A stretch of 64,000 nt of DNA, taken from the NCBI GenBank assembly GCA_049517415.1, contig JBEKSC010000003.1, positions 1-64,000 on the forward strand, in the 5' to 3' direction. Under the pieces are notes generated by a model that had not been told where the DNA came from, made no database searches, and saw only the letters and a list, made by a program, of their open reading frames with translations. Each line of letters begins with the position of its first letter. Within the stretch, counting starts at the first letter, position 1. The position numbers and the translations under genes were made by a program. The stretch is from Candidatus Bathyarchaeia archaeon (lineage in GTDB: Archaea; Thermoproteota; Bathyarchaeia; 40CM-2-53-6). Positions 29,060 through 39,984 of the stretch are shown piece by piece.

Positions 29060-29931
29060 CAGACTGCCTCAGCAGCAAACATGTCCCTGATTCCGTCACC
29101 GAGGAGGTTGAAACAGAGTATGACGACGACTATGGCTAGCGCTGGAAACATGGAAGGCCACCAATTGTTGGGAAGAAACTGTGCGCCATCCGACACCATG
29201 CTGCCCAAGTCAGGAGTCGGTGGCTGCGCACCTAGACCGACGAAACTAAGGGTAGCACCAAGCAGGATCACCCAACCGGCGTCGAGAGATATCTTGGTCA
29301 GTATGGGACCGACGCAGCTGGGGAGGATTTCTCTGAACATTGTGTGGAAAGGACTTGCCCCCGCTATTTCCGCGGCTTGTACAAATGGTTCGTTTCTAAG
29401 TGAGGAGGAGATGCCGTAGACCAGTCTAGTGTACCAGGGCCACCACATGAGGGAGACTGCCATCATGGCGTTGAACACGCTGGGTGTCAGAACAGAGCAT
29501 ATTGAAAGGGCCAATACGAGAGGAGGAACAGCAAGGAAGACGTCCGCAGTCCTCATCACTATCGCATCCACTTTACCCCCCTTATAGAAACCAGCAATTA
29601 ACCCAAGTACCACGCCAGGAAGGACAACCAGGGAAAGCACCACCACCGCCATCATGAGCGAATATCTGAACCCGAACATAACTCTAGTCAATATGTCTCT
29701 TCCAAATTGGTCCGTCCCGAACAGGTGAATCCAACTGGGCGATAACAGCGAATCTGAGTACTTAGTGTAAAACCCTGCAGCGTCTGGGTACGGGGAGATA
29801 ACAGACGCGAATACTGCCACTAAAGCAATTAACAGAACAATTATCAGCGCAACAACGGAGAGCGTGTTCCTAGAAAACTTGTACCACTTCTTCTTGTAAT
29901 CGAAGATTGGCCTAGACGCGGTATCTTTCAT
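29059..29931 (-). CDS. dppC: Dipeptide/oligopeptide ABC permease
   Basis: HLFGTDQFGRD, EAA-like motif, LSFVGLG. Confidence 0.9.
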   Translation of the reverse strand: MKDTASRPIFDYKKKWYKFSRNTLSVVALIIVLLIALVAVFASVISPYPDAAGFYTKYSDSLLSPSWIHLFGTDQFGRDILTRVMFGFRYSLMMAVVVLSLVVLPGVVLGLIAGFYKGGKVDAIVMRTADVFLAVPPLVLALSICSVLTPSVFNAMMAVSLMWWPWYTRLVYGISSSLRNEPFVQAAEIAGASPFHTMFREILPSCVGPILTKISLDAGWVILLGATLSFVGLGAQPPTPDLGSMVSDGAQFLPNNWWPSMFPALAIVVVILCFNLLGDGIRDMFAAEAV

Positions 29932-29942
29932 GGTCGTTTCGC

Positions 29943-30968
29943 CTAAGTGCCCGTCTCCCCCATCGCTACCCTAGGATCAAGGTAAGCATTGATCACGTCG
30001 ACTAGAATGCTTGCGACAGCGAAGATAATGCCTATGATCATTACTACGGCCACGATGGCGTTAAGATCCTTACTCAACATCGCACCTACGCCATATCGGG
30101 ATAGACCAGGCCAGTTGAAGATCAACTCAACGAGGAAAGCATTCCCTAGCATCGACGATATGTCTAATCCCATAACCGAAATTGTGGGAATCAGCGACGG
30201 CTTGAGAAGGTACTTGAATGTCAGCAATCGCTCCGGAACTCCGTGCGAAACACTGGCCAGTATGTAGTCTTTGTTCAGGTTCTCAACGACGCTTGACCGT
30301 GTAATCCTTATCTCCTGCGCTATAGGCCCCAAGGCCAACGCGAGAGCAGGAAGAATCAAGTGCCATATTGCGTCCACAAAGGCCACTATGTTTCCAGAAA
30401 GCAACGCGTCAACTGTAATGAACCCCGTTACTGTAGGAGGCGCTACGATGTTTGGGCTAATTCTGCCTATGCTGGGAGCTATGTTCAGAATATACCCAAA
30501 CACAAGCAGAAAAATTATGGCAACGACGAACGCAGGGACTGCAACACCGACATACGACAGCACCCTCACGACGTTATCGAATGGCGAATTAGCTCTCCGT
30601 CCGGCAAACATCCCGATGGGTATAGATATGATTATGTCCAGTAGAGCCGCGAAAATTATCAGTTCCAATGAGGCAGGTAGGAAGTCCTTCACATCAACAA
30701 TCACATCTCTCCTTGTAACAAGAGATTCACCCAAACTACCACGGAGAGCATCTCTCACCCAGTAGAAATACTGCATCCATATCGGATCGTTGAGGTGCAT
30801 CTGCTCCCTCAAGTTTTGAACAGCCCAAGCGGGAGCATGTGGACCCAACGCTAGTCTCGCCGGGTCACCCGGCAGCACTCTCGCAATGACGAAAATTAGG
30901 AGGGATAGACCGATCAAGACGAATATCGTGTAACCGATCCTCTTGAGTATGAAAACGCTCATTCTCAA
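29943..30968 (-). CDS. dppB: Dipeptide/oligopeptide ABC permease
   Basis: PGDPA, HLILPAL, ELIFNWPGL, LDPR. Confidence 0.9.
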   Translation of the reverse strand: MRMSVFILKRIGYTIFVLIGLSLLIFVIARVLPGDPARLALGPHAPAWAVQNLREQMHLNDPIWMQYFYWVRDALRGSLGESLVTRRDVIVDVKDFLPASLELIIFAALLDIIISIPIGMFAGRRANSPFDNVVRVLSYVGVAVPAFVVAIIFLLVFGYILNIAPSIGRISPNIVAPPTVTGFITVDALLSGNIVAFVDAIWHLILPALALALGPIAQEIRITRSSVVENLNKDYILASVSHGVPERLLTFKYLLKPSLIPTISVMGLDISSMLGNAFLVELIFNWPGLSRYGVGAMLSKDLNAIVAVVMIIGIIFAVASILVDVINAYLDPRVAMGETGT

Positions 30969-31051
30969 CTCGGATTACCTCGACGGGGAACTATTTGCAG
31001 AGTCGAAAAGAAAAAGGGACGGAGGGCAGATCCTAGGATGTGCCCCCGTTT

Positions 31052-32701
31052 TCAAGAGCTTCCAAACAACGCGGCCTTCTTGCTGGCGTCGAGTCCAATC
31101 AGACGGAAGTTGAAGTCGTATCCCAAGACAGGCACATATGCATGAGCAGCGTACCAGTCCACGTACCCGGCGTAGTATGCTCTCCTTTCTACTTGGTTGC
31201 AGACGAAGATACTTGGGTACATGCTCATCAGCACTTCTTGTATCTGTGCGTACTTCTGGAATCGCTGTGTCTGGTCGGTTGTGGCGAGGGCGTTAGCTAT
31301 CATCGAATCGATGGTTGAGTTTTGCAGCCATTCGCCTTGTTCCCACGTGCCTACAGATTGGGAGGAGTATCTCTGTTGGAGGATTGAACCGGCCTCAGTG
31401 TAGGATGCTTCAACGAATATGGAGACTACATTGGGCGTCGAAGATTCGTTACCCATCTCAGCAACTACGCTTATCCATGGAATCTTTACGACGTTTACTG
31501 GGAGGCCTATGGCCTTCATGTTGTCAGCGAACAGAAGAGCTACTTTCTCTTCGTCTGGCACATCGGCAATCCAATGGTAGACGACAGGGTACTTGTCGAA
31601 TTGTCCGTAGTACCTAGATTGCTTGAGAAGGGCTTGAGCCTTTGCTATATCCTGAGTGTACGGCATGGCGTTTGGATCGTGGCCTGGGAGCACGGTAGGA
31701 ACGGGGCCTGCGGCTACAGGGCTACCCGGAAACACGGCTGCACCTGTCTGATAATCGAAAGCATACGTCATGGCTTCTCGGACGTATATGTCATCGGTTG
31801 GTGGTTTCTTCGTGTTAATCATCAGGTACAATTCTGCCGAGGTTGGTATGTTGACTATAGTAACATTGTTCATCTTTGAAAAGTCGTTGATTGCTTCACT
31901 TGATTGCCAGCGGTCTGTTATGTCGATTTGTCCTTTGCTTAGCATTGTCTTCACTGTAGCTGGTTCAGTCGTACCGTAGAGCTTGACTTCGTCAGGCGCG
32001 TTCGTAACAAATTGTCCCCAATAGTTGCTGTACTTCTCCATCAATACGTATTCATTCACACTGACTTCCTTGACCATGTATGCTCCGGAACCGGCATCGT
32101 GGGTAAGAAGCCAATCACTGCCGTAGTCGCCATTGGCACCGTAGGGGCCTGGCGTTTTAACGTGCGACATTACTAGTTGCTTGTTGAGAATGTAGATCCT
32201 TACGAGGCTGTTGACGAACGGTCCGAATGGTCGCTTCAGCGTGATCACAACCGTGTAATTATCTGGGGCAGTTACGGTGCTTACGTATGGAGTGAAGAGG
32301 TAGGAGTAGCCTTGACCTATTGTTAGCATTCTATTCAGCGAGAAGACGACATCGTTAGCTGTCAGCGGTGTTCCATCATGGAATGTGGTTCCGGTTCTAA
32401 GCGTGAAAGTCCACGTTAGACTATCAGGAGTACCGGACCACTGAGTTGCAATGTCGGGGGTTACGCCACCTGTAGCAGTGGGATAGACCAAGGTGTCGTA
32501 GAGGTTGACGAATTCAACAGAACTAGTTTCGTCTGAGCCGACAGCAGGGTCCAGTTGACCTGTACCCGATTCCGTCATGCTTAGGAGGGTTGGTTGTTTC
32601 GTTGTTGGTGCCTGACGCGGTGTCAGAGCATACCATACTGAGCCGCCGACAACAATAATGATGACCAGCGCCGCAATTGCTATTTGAATGCGTTTTTGCA
32701 T
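31052..32701 (-). CDS. dppA: Family 5 substrate-binding protein
   Basis: LDPA, LYDTL, WTFTLR...FHDGTPLTANDV; N-terminal TM anchor. Confidence 0.9.
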   Translation of the reverse strand: MQKRIQIAIAALVIIIVVGGSVWYALTPRQAPTTKQPTLLSMTESGTGQLDPAVGSDETSSVEFVNLYDTLVYPTATGGVTPDIATQWSGTPDSLTWTFTLRTGTTFHDGTPLTANDVVFSLNRMLTIGQGYSYLFTPYVSTVTAPDNYTVVITLKRPFGPFVNSLVRIYILNKQLVMSHVKTPGPYGANGDYGSDWLLTHDAGSGAYMVKEVSVNEYVLMEKYSNYWGQFVTNAPDEVKLYGTTEPATVKTMLSKGQIDITDRWQSSEAINDFSKMNNVTIVNIPTSAELYLMINTKKPPTDDIYVREAMTYAFDYQTGAAVFPGSPVAAGPVPTVLPGHDPNAMPYTQDIAKAQALLKQSRYYGQFDKYPVVYHWIADVPDEEKVALLFADNMKAIGLPVNVVKIPWISVVAEMGNESSTPNVVSIFVEASYTEAGSILQQRYSSQSVGTWEQGEWLQNSTIDSMIANALATTDQTQRFQKYAQIQEVLMSMYPSIFVCNQVERRAYYAGYVDWYAAHAYVPVLGYDFNFRLIGLDASKKAALFGSS

Positions 32702-32855
32702 TTTCTAATTTGCACCTCAAATGCAAATTAGGTTCGGGGCTGGCGGTGAGCTATACGTCTATTCTATGTAGAGTTCGTACTCGTAATGTGAACGCACGGT
32801 AAATCAGGAATGGTATAGGCTACTCTGAGCTGTGTGAAAACGTTCTTATCTGCAC

Positions 32856-34097
32856 ATGTCGGCCAAATCCGTTCGATTTTTGGCCACTGAACCAAAGCAC
32901 ACTTCTCGTCAGTCATCTTCGGTCTTGGCAAAGCATTTAACTCAACACTCGATTGCTGGGTTTAAACCTGGAAAAAACGTGGAGGATTGTGGGGCCACGC
33001 AGCGAGTACTTGAAGAGAGGGTCGCGCGGCTGAAGCACGAAGGAAAGAAACACGGTCTTTCTGGATTCATCATATCCACTACGCCTAACATGAAATATTT
33101 CACAGGTCTATCCTTGCTGGCAATCGAAAGGTTCGCAGCGGTCATAATCCCAATTGACTCTGACCCGGCTATTGTGGTGCCTGAGCTTGAAGAAGAGAAA
33201 GTGAAGTCGCTGTCTGCCATCAAGAACATACAGAAATTCACCGACGCTGAGGGGCCGGAGCGTGTCGTAAAGTCAACGTTGAAGGGACTTCACCTCACGC
33301 GCGGAAAACTGGGCGTAGAGGGTTTCCTGCCTTACAAGTTTTCCATTATGATCAGCCAAGCTGCGCCGAAGGCAGATCTGGCCGAAGCGTCAAAAATCTT
33401 CGCAGAGCTGAGGATTATCAAGACGTCTTATGAGCTCGAAATGATGCGGAAAGCAGCAGAGATCACTGCCCGCGGAATTGAGGCTGGCGTCAAGGCAATA
33501 CGAGTTGGAGCCACAGAGCTTGACGTAGGCTTCGAGATAGAACGGACCATAAGGCAATCGGGGGGCGAGTCAGTTCCCTTCTGCCTCGTTCTCAGAGGCC
33601 CGAACGCTGCACTTCCTCACGGTGCTACTTCAAAGGCTAAAATCCAAAACGGCGACTCCGTGATAATGGATGTCGGCGCCACGGTCGACGGATACTTCGG
33701 TGACCTGACAAGGACAGTATTTGTGGGCAGCGCCTCAGCCAAGCAACGCGAAATTTACGACATAGTGCTTCGAGCGCAGGAGAAAGCGATTGCGGTGGCG
33801 AAGCCTGGGATACCCGCGAGTAATGTCGACAAGACCGCTCGAGGCGTTATCAAGGAGGCAGGGTATGGGGAACGCTTCACACACAGGGTCGGTCATGGGC
33901 TGGGTCTTGAGGTGCACGAAGAGCCGAGCGTAACCGCGACATGCAAAACAGTCCTAAAGCCGGGAATGGCGTTCACCGTTGAACCAGGAATTTACCTGCC
34001 ACAGGAATTCGGCGTCCGAATAGAGGACAATATCGCGATCACCGAAGAGGGCAGGATGACGATCGGTGCGTGCGAAAAGACTCTGACGATAATTTGA
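32856..34097 (+). CDS. Xaa-Pro peptidase (M24B); true start probably downstream
   Basis: LPHG, MDVG, GDLTRT, GHGLGLEVHE, EPGIY, RIED. Confidence 0.9.
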   Translation: MSAKSVRFLATEPKHTSRQSSSVLAKHLTQHSIAGFKPGKNVEDCGATQRVLEERVARLKHEGKKHGLSGFIISTTPNMKYFTGLSLLAIERFAAVIIPIDSDPAIVVPELEEEKVKSLSAIKNIQKFTDAEGPERVVKSTLKGLHLTRGKLGVEGFLPYKFSIMISQAAPKADLAEASKIFAELRIIKTSYELEMMRKAAEITARGIEAGVKAIRVGATELDVGFEIERTIRQSGGESVPFCLVLRGPNAALPHGATSKAKIQNGDSVIMDVGATVDGYFGDLTRTVFVGSASAKQREIYDIVLRAQEKAIAVAKPGIPASNVDKTARGVIKEAGYGERFTHRVGHGLGLEVHEEPSVTATCKTVLKPGMAFTVEPGIYLPQEFGVRIEDNIAITEEGRMTIGACEKTLTII

Positions 34098-34111
34098 AGG
34101 GGCGTAAATGG

Positions 34112-35830
34112 ATGGAAGACAGAGCAATTGTTTTTGAAAACGTGAGCTGGCGATACGAAGGGAACCAGGAAGACACTTTGCGAGATGTCAACCTAGAGAT
34201 CAGAGCTGGAGAAACGGTTGTAATTACAGGGGCAAGCGGAGCAGGAAAGACAACGCTCTGCAGGTGCATCAACGGTCTGATTCCCCACTTCTATGAAGGA
34301 GCGCTGAAAGGTGACGTCTTGGTATGGGGTGACAACATTAGGACGAGCACAACGGTCGATCTGGCTCGTAGGGTCGGCATGTGCTTCGACAACCCTTCCA
34401 ACCAGCTCTTCTGCGCCACGGTGCTAGAAGAAATCGCGTTTGGTCCACAGAACCTCTGCAAGACAAGGGATGAAGTAATGCAGAGAGTTTCCGAAGCAAT
34501 GAAGTTCTGCAGGCTCGAGAAGTACAGAGATAAGAGCCCATTTGCGCTTTCAGGCGGGGAAAAACAAGCTGTCGCCATCGCTGCGTTAATCGCGATGGTG
34601 CCGGATGCCATGATTCTAGATGAACCCACATCTAACATTGACGCGGTCGGGACTAGCCTCGTCTTTGAGCGAATGGCGCAGCTGATAAAGGAACGGAAGA
34701 GAACAACCGTGATAGTTGAACACAAGCTACAGTACGCGCTGCCGATGGCGGATCGGCTAATAGTGATTTCTGACGGCGCAATAGTTGCCGACGGCACGCC
34801 TAGGAAGGTTCTCTCTGACGCTGAGTTCCTCGACAAATCACAAATTCAGGTCCCACACGTAACAACTCTGGCACATCGGTTAGTCGACGGCCTCGGTGAA
34901 GAGAACGTTCCGATTACCCTCGAAGAAGGTGTAGCGCTGCTTTCTCGTCTTATCAAAGAGAACAAAGTGCGAGTGAAACCAGCTAGAATACCAGCACCCG
35001 CGCGGAGCAGTCAGAAACCCATAATCTCCTGCCAAGACGTGTGGTTCGAATATCCGGACGGGACGCCAGCGGTCAAAGGCGTGAGTTTTGACATCTTGGA
35101 GGGCGAATTTGTGGGGTTGGTCGGCCGAAACGGCTCAGGGAAGACCACGCTCGCAAAGCTGTTCAATGGACTTTATCGGCCGACAAAAGGCAAGATCCTT
35201 GTGGACGGTATCGATGTCAGAAACGCATCAATCGCGGAGTTGGTCAGCAGGGTTGGGTATAGCTTCCAAAATCCAGATGACCAGATTTTCGCGAAAACGG
35301 TCAGAGATGAGTTGGCGTTCGGGCCGAAGAACCTTAAGCTATCGTACAACGAAATAAGCCGTCGCGTCGAGAGCGCTGCGAGTGAGGTTGAGATAACCGC
35401 ATACTTGGATGAAAATCCTTTCAACCTGAGTCAGGGCTTGAGACAACGAGTGGCTGTGGCTTCCGTACTTACGCTTAACCCGAAGGTGCTCATAGTCGAT
35501 GAGCCTACGACAGGACAGGATTTCACTCGATCCAAGATCGTGATGAATCTAGCCAAGACTCTGTGTGAAAGAGGGCGGACGATTATCATAATTAGCCACA
35601 ACATGGATCTCATAGCGGAATATTGTGAAAGGCTAGTTGTAATGCTTAATGGGCAGATGCTGTTGGCAGGACCCACGAGAGAGGTATTCAGCCAAACTCA
35701 ACGGATACGAGAAAGCTCATTGGAGCCACCTCAGGTTACACAGATTGGACAGGCCCTAGTGAGCCTTGGTCTTCCCTCTGATGTTCTCACGTTAGGCGAA
35801 ATGTTGCAGATCGTTTCAGCGGTGAAGTAA
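34112..35830 (+). CDS. ECF transporter fused double ATPase (A-A')
   Basis: Two Walker A motifs (GASGAGKT, GRNGSGKT), ELAFGP.NL, LSGGEKQ and LSQGLRQ. Confidence 0.9.
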   Translation: MEDRAIVFENVSWRYEGNQEDTLRDVNLEIRAGETVVITGASGAGKTTLCRCINGLIPHFYEGALKGDVLVWGDNIRTSTTVDLARRVGMCFDNPSNQLFCATVLEEIAFGPQNLCKTRDEVMQRVSEAMKFCRLEKYRDKSPFALSGGEKQAVAIAALIAMVPDAMILDEPTSNIDAVGTSLVFERMAQLIKERKRTTVIVEHKLQYALPMADRLIVISDGAIVADGTPRKVLSDAEFLDKSQIQVPHVTTLAHRLVDGLGEENVPITLEEGVALLSRLIKENKVRVKPARIPAPARSSQKPIISCQDVWFEYPDGTPAVKGVSFDILEGEFVGLVGRNGSGKTTLAKLFNGLYRPTKGKILVDGIDVRNASIAELVSRVGYSFQNPDDQIFAKTVRDELAFGPKNLKLSYNEISRRVESAASEVEITAYLDENPFNLSQGLRQRVAVASVLTLNPKVLIVDEPTTGQDFTRSKIVMNLAKTLCERGRTIIIISHNMDLIAEYCERLVVMLNGQMLLAGPTREVFSQTQRIRESSLEPPQVTQIGQALVSLGLPSDVLTLGEMLQIVSAVK

Positions 35831-36724
35831 ATGTCAACAAGCTTCTCAAGTCTCTTCAGGTACACTGCGAGAAACACACCTCTGCACAATCTAGATCCAA
35901 GGGTGAAGATGCTGTGGTTCTTTGCTATGATAATTCCCGCGGTGGCATGGTCTGATCCAATTTTCATGCTGGGGATGATTGTGCTTGTAATGATCTGCGG
36001 CAAGATTGCGGGCGACAGTTTGTCGGCGATGATGAAGGCAATAGTGATTCCATTTCCAGCGTATATCATGGTTGCCCTGTTCAATCTATTTGCGTTTGAC
36101 TTCACAGTCAGGAGCATGGTATCATGGAATCTACTATACTTGTTTTGGCTGATACCGCGGATCGGCTCTATCGGGCCTTTTGGACACGTGAGCGTTGAAT
36201 CGCTCGTGTTTATTGTCGGCATTTGTATGCGAGTTGCAGTATTCATCCTAGCGAGCAGGCTTTTCCTACTCTTCACCTCGCCGTCAGACATCGTCACCGC
36301 ATTTAGCAAGTTCAAAGTACCTATGGAAATCACGACCGCCATTAGTGTGGCTTTCGGCTATCTTCCTGAAATTTCACAACAAGTTACAACCATTATGGAA
36401 GCGCAGCGTTCGAGGGGATTGAAAACTGGTTCGAAAAACCCGTTCACAGCCGTCAGAAGCTTCGTTCCGGTCGTCATACCTCTAATATTGCGTTCCATGG
36501 TAACGGCTGAGTTCTTGGCGACCGCGATAACCTCGAGAGGATTCGGAGCCACGACTCATCCAATTTCTCTGCGAGAGACGAAGATCTCTGTAGCTGACAT
36601 AGTGGCCACTTCATTCTTCCTAGTTCTGCTCGTGGTCGCTATCCTGACGGGAACTTGGGTGTACAATCTAGCGAGCTTCAAAGTGACGACGTTTCTCATA
36701 CGCAACGCCTTCTTTAGACATTAA
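35831..36724 (+). CDS. ecfT: ECF transporter T component
   Basis: LDPRVK; AQRSRG and AITSRG Arg motifs. Confidence 0.9.
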   Translation: MSTSFSSLFRYTARNTPLHNLDPRVKMLWFFAMIIPAVAWSDPIFMLGMIVLVMICGKIAGDSLSAMMKAIVIPFPAYIMVALFNLFAFDFTVRSMVSWNLLYLFWLIPRIGSIGPFGHVSVESLVFIVGICMRVAVFILASRLFLLFTSPSDIVTAFSKFKVPMEITTAISVAFGYLPEISQQVTTIMEAQRSRGLKTGSKNPFTAVRSFVPVVIPLILRSMVTAEFLATAITSRGFGATTHPISLRETKISVADIVATSFFLVLLVVAILTGTWVYNLASFKVTTFLIRNAFFRH

Positions 36725-36921
36725 TCCCAAGCTTCTATTGATCTGCCCAACTCAGATACGTTGACCCTTCTGTCCTAGGTCAGTCTCTCGGACCAAATCG
36801 TAAACTCCAGCAAACAAAACGAAATCGTTTGATGTACGCAAGATTGGCCGCGGCAAAATGTTCCGAGAATATGGAAAGTCTTAATAGCGCTGCACATTTT
36901 TGCGCTCATTCGGCGTTTACA

Positions 36922-38997
36922 TTGGGTTGGCGCGTTGGCGTCGACATAGGCGGAGCCTTTACTGATCTCTTGGCCTTGAACGAGGAAACGGGGGAGTTGA
37001 AATGGGTGAAAATCGAATCAACCCCCAAAGATTACTCTCAAGCCGTGCGTGAAACCCTTTCACGAAGCAAACTGGACTTGAGTAAGACTCGGCATCTAGT
37101 TCACGGACAGACCGTCGTCATAAACACGATCATAACGCGTTCCGGATCGAAGGTCGGTCTAGTCACCACTGACGGTTTCGATATTCTAGAGATTGGTCGC
37201 GCCAACAGACGGGACCTCTTCAACCTCAAATACAGTAAGCCAGAACCATTCGTTCCTCGATACCTTACTGCAGGAGTCAAGGAAAGAATAGGGGCGGACG
37301 GTAATATCATAACCCCACTCGACGGAGACGAAGTCAAACGTGCTGTGAAAGAACTGAGTGGGAAAGGTTGTAATGCGATTGCTGTAAGTCTCATAAACAG
37401 CTATGCGAATCCCATCCACGAACAGAAGGCCGGGGAAATAGCGGTAAGCACACTTGAGCAGGCTAGCTTGAGACCGTTCGTGACTTTGGGCCACGAGCTA
37501 TCAAGAGAATGGCGCGAGTATGAGAGAACGAGCACCGCAGTGCTGAATGCCTACGTGCAACCTGAACTTGACGCCTATGTGACCGTAATAGAAAACACAT
37601 TATCGAGAATGAATTTCAAGGGCACATTCTTCGTGATGCTTGCAGCTGCAGGGATGGCTACTTCAACCTTCGCCAAGAAATATCCGATATTCACAGTCGA
37701 AGGAGGCCCTGTGGCGGGCATCGTCGGAGGAACAGTGCTAGCTGAAATCCTAGGCTACCGTGACCTGATCGTCCTAGACGGTGGGAGCACCACTACTAAG
37801 GCGGGCCTTGTGAAAGGTCTTCTGCCGCGCATTACGACTGAATACTACGTGGACAGAGACAGATTCAGACCGGGCTATCCGCTCAAAGTTCCCGTTGTGG
37901 AGGTTATAGAGGTAGGAAATGGCGGTACAAGCATAGCGTGGGTGGACGATGTCGGCGCTCTTAAGGTAGGGCCCAAGGCGACTGGAGCAGATCCAGGGCC
38001 AGTGTGCTACGGCAAGGGCGGCCTGGAACCGACGCTGACCGACGCTTACGTCATAGCCGGTTACTTGAACTCCAAATACTTGCTGGGTGGCGAATTGGAG
38101 ATCCACCGCGACATGGCGGAGAAGGCGTTGATGAAGCTTGCGAGCAAGTTCAGTGTTTCCGCTGAGGAGATGGCGGATGCGATCATTCGGGTTTCAAATG
38201 ACCAAGCTGCACATGTCATTCGCCTGGTGTCAGTTCAGAAGGGATTCGATCCAAGAGAGTTCACATTGATCGCCCACGGCGGTTCAGGTCCGATGTTTGC
38301 GCCCTTCATAGCAACGGAGCTCCAGATACCGAGAATTGTCGTTCCTGCCATCCCTGCCGGTGTCTTCAATGCATGGGGCATGCTGGTTGCGGATATTCGT
38401 CATGATATTGTGCACACAGATGTCATGAAGATCGGCGACAAGCAGACTGCTGCAGCTCACATAGACGATATCTTCAACGGTTTGGAGAAGAGGCTGCAAG
38501 ATACATTCAAGTCAGAACGGATCGATATTTCTACCGTCAGCACAATTAGGTACGGTGATATGAGGTACTACGGTCAGGAGCACACAATAAAAGTGCCACT
38601 CATGTCGGGTAAGATAACCTCTAAGGAAATTGGTGAGATAGAAGAGAGATTCATCGAGGCGCACAGACGCGAATACGGATTCATTCTTGAGAATGATCCC
38701 GTAGAGATGGTAAACTTCCACGTCGCTGGACTCTCAAAAGTGAAGAGGCCTTCGCTACAGAAGCTTTCCGAAAAAGGGAGAAGTATGGCGAAGGCTTTGA
38801 AAGAGGAAAGAGAGGTCTATTTAGGACGGGACAAGAGAACTAGAAAACTGCCGATATATCAGAAAGACCGCTTACCTCTCAACAAACCTTTGAAGGGCCC
38901 TGCGATCGTTGAGGAAATAACCTCGACCATTGTCATAACCGAAGGATTCAAGGCGATCGTCGACAAATATGGCAACGTCATACTCACAAGAAAATGA
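36922..38997 (+). CDS. Hydantoinase A/oxoprolinase-like subunit, divergent ATP motifs
   Basis: DIGGAFTD, REYERT, EGGPVAG, DGGSTTT, VGNGGTS; TTG 36922 is the likely start. Confidence 0.88.
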   Translation: MGWRVGVDIGGAFTDLLALNEETGELKWVKIESTPKDYSQAVRETLSRSKLDLSKTRHLVHGQTVVINTIITRSGSKVGLVTTDGFDILEIGRANRRDLFNLKYSKPEPFVPRYLTAGVKERIGADGNIITPLDGDEVKRAVKELSGKGCNAIAVSLINSYANPIHEQKAGEIAVSTLEQASLRPFVTLGHELSREWREYERTSTAVLNAYVQPELDAYVTVIENTLSRMNFKGTFFVMLAAAGMATSTFAKKYPIFTVEGGPVAGIVGGTVLAEILGYRDLIVLDGGSTTTKAGLVKGLLPRITTEYYVDRDRFRPGYPLKVPVVEVIEVGNGGTSIAWVDDVGALKVGPKATGADPGPVCYGKGGLEPTLTDAYVIAGYLNSKYLLGGELEIHRDMAEKALMKLASKFSVSAEEMADAIIRVSNDQAAHVIRLVSVQKGFDPREFTLIAHGGSGPMFAPFIATELQIPRIVVPAIPAGVFNAWGMLVADIRHDIVHTDVMKIGDKQTAAAHIDDIFNGLEKRLQDTFKSERIDISTVSTIRYGDMRYYGQEHTIKVPLMSGKITSKEIGEIEERFIEAHRREYGFILENDPVEMVNFHVAGLSKVKRPSLQKLSEKGRSMAKALKEEREVYLGRDKRTRKLPIYQKDRLPLNKPLKGPAIVEEITSTIVITEGFKAIVDKYGNVILTRK

Positions 38998-39035
38998 GAC
39001 CCACGAGCAAGGACACAATTCCAACTAGCGTATCA

Positions 39036-39050
39036 TAAAAGAAAAAAGGA
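39036..39050 (-). terminator. Oligo-T archaeal terminator candidate
   Basis: T-rich tract on the minus strand just after the 31-aa ORF, between convergent genes. Confidence 0.4.
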
Positions 39051-39074
39051 AGGGAGACCCAGCGCTGTGGATGG

Positions 39075-39170
39075 CTACTTCTTCTTTCTATCACGGAACT
39101 CAAAGTAGGCTGCGATGACGAACACTACGACGATCACTACGATCGCGCCAGCAATCTGCCAAGTTTCCAT
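39075..39170 (-). CDS. 31-aa single-TM microprotein
   Basis: METWQIAGAIVVIVVVFVIAAYFEFRDRKKK*; starts 3 nt after the S-component stop. Confidence 0.7.
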   Translation of the reverse strand: METWQIAGAIVVIVVVFVIAAYFEFRDRKKK

Positions 39171-39173
39171 TTC

Positions 39174-39782
39174 TTACCACCAGATAACCGCCAAGGCCAC
39201 CGAAATCACGGCGAGAACTATAGCGATGTATTTGGTTGCTGGGAACTTCCAGTCGGGCCTGACGAACCTTGGAGTGGTCATAAGGACAATCCAGGGTATG
39301 AGGCCCCAGATCAGTAGATAGACCACATATGGTCCTGCGAACATGTTGTAGTAGAACATTGCTTGGACGGTCATTAGGTGGAAGACTGCAGCATATAGCC
39401 ACCACCAAGCGAAGTACTGCACGAAAAGTGCAACTGCCGTCGCTGCCCACCAGGCCACTGTTTTCGTGACTCTGCTCTTCATCGACCAGATTGCAGGATA
39501 GAGCGCAGCTATTAGAAAGATGTGTGGCCAGTAGCACCAAGCACCGACGAGACCGACTGCAGATGTCAGCGATTGCAGAATACTTGCTATCACGCCGCCG
39601 AGTGGGCCGGCGGCCATGGTTACAATTGTCATGAAGGTTCCGTTGAGCTCGAAGTTGACCATTGGAAGGTAACCTGGTAATGCCAAGCCTAAGCCGTTAC
39701 AGATCATACCGAGCGCAGCGAATATTGCTGTCACAGCGATTTGTCGCGGGGTCATTAGTAATTTTCTAGTCGTTTGGGTCAT
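39174..39782 (-). CDS. Probable ECF transporter S component
   Basis: ~200 aa with ~6 TM helices, IAVTAIFAAL (AxxxA) and GPLGG motifs; near the ECF A/T genes. Confidence 0.7.
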   Translation of the reverse strand: MTQTTRKLLMTPRQIAVTAIFAALGMICNGLGLALPGYLPMVNFELNGTFMTIVTMAAGPLGGVIASILQSLTSAVGLVGAWCYWPHIFLIAALYPAIWSMKSRVTKTVAWWAATAVALFVQYFAWWWLYAAVFHLMTVQAMFYYNMFAGPYVVYLLIWGLIPWIVLMTTPRFVRPDWKFPATKYIAIVLAVISVALAVIWW

Positions 39783-39984
39783 TAAGATCCCAAAATCGAG
39801 TTCGAAGTTCTACATATTTATGCTATGCGTATTTACCGTCCGTGTAGTACCTATTTCCGCTTGCAGATCCCTAAACCATGCTTCTACCTGTACCTGATCT
39901 TACTTTGAAAGAGGCAACCAAGGGTTGAGAAGCAAGCGTGCTAGTTTAGCGCCTCGGCTATATGTGAGCTTGCGCAGGCGACCC

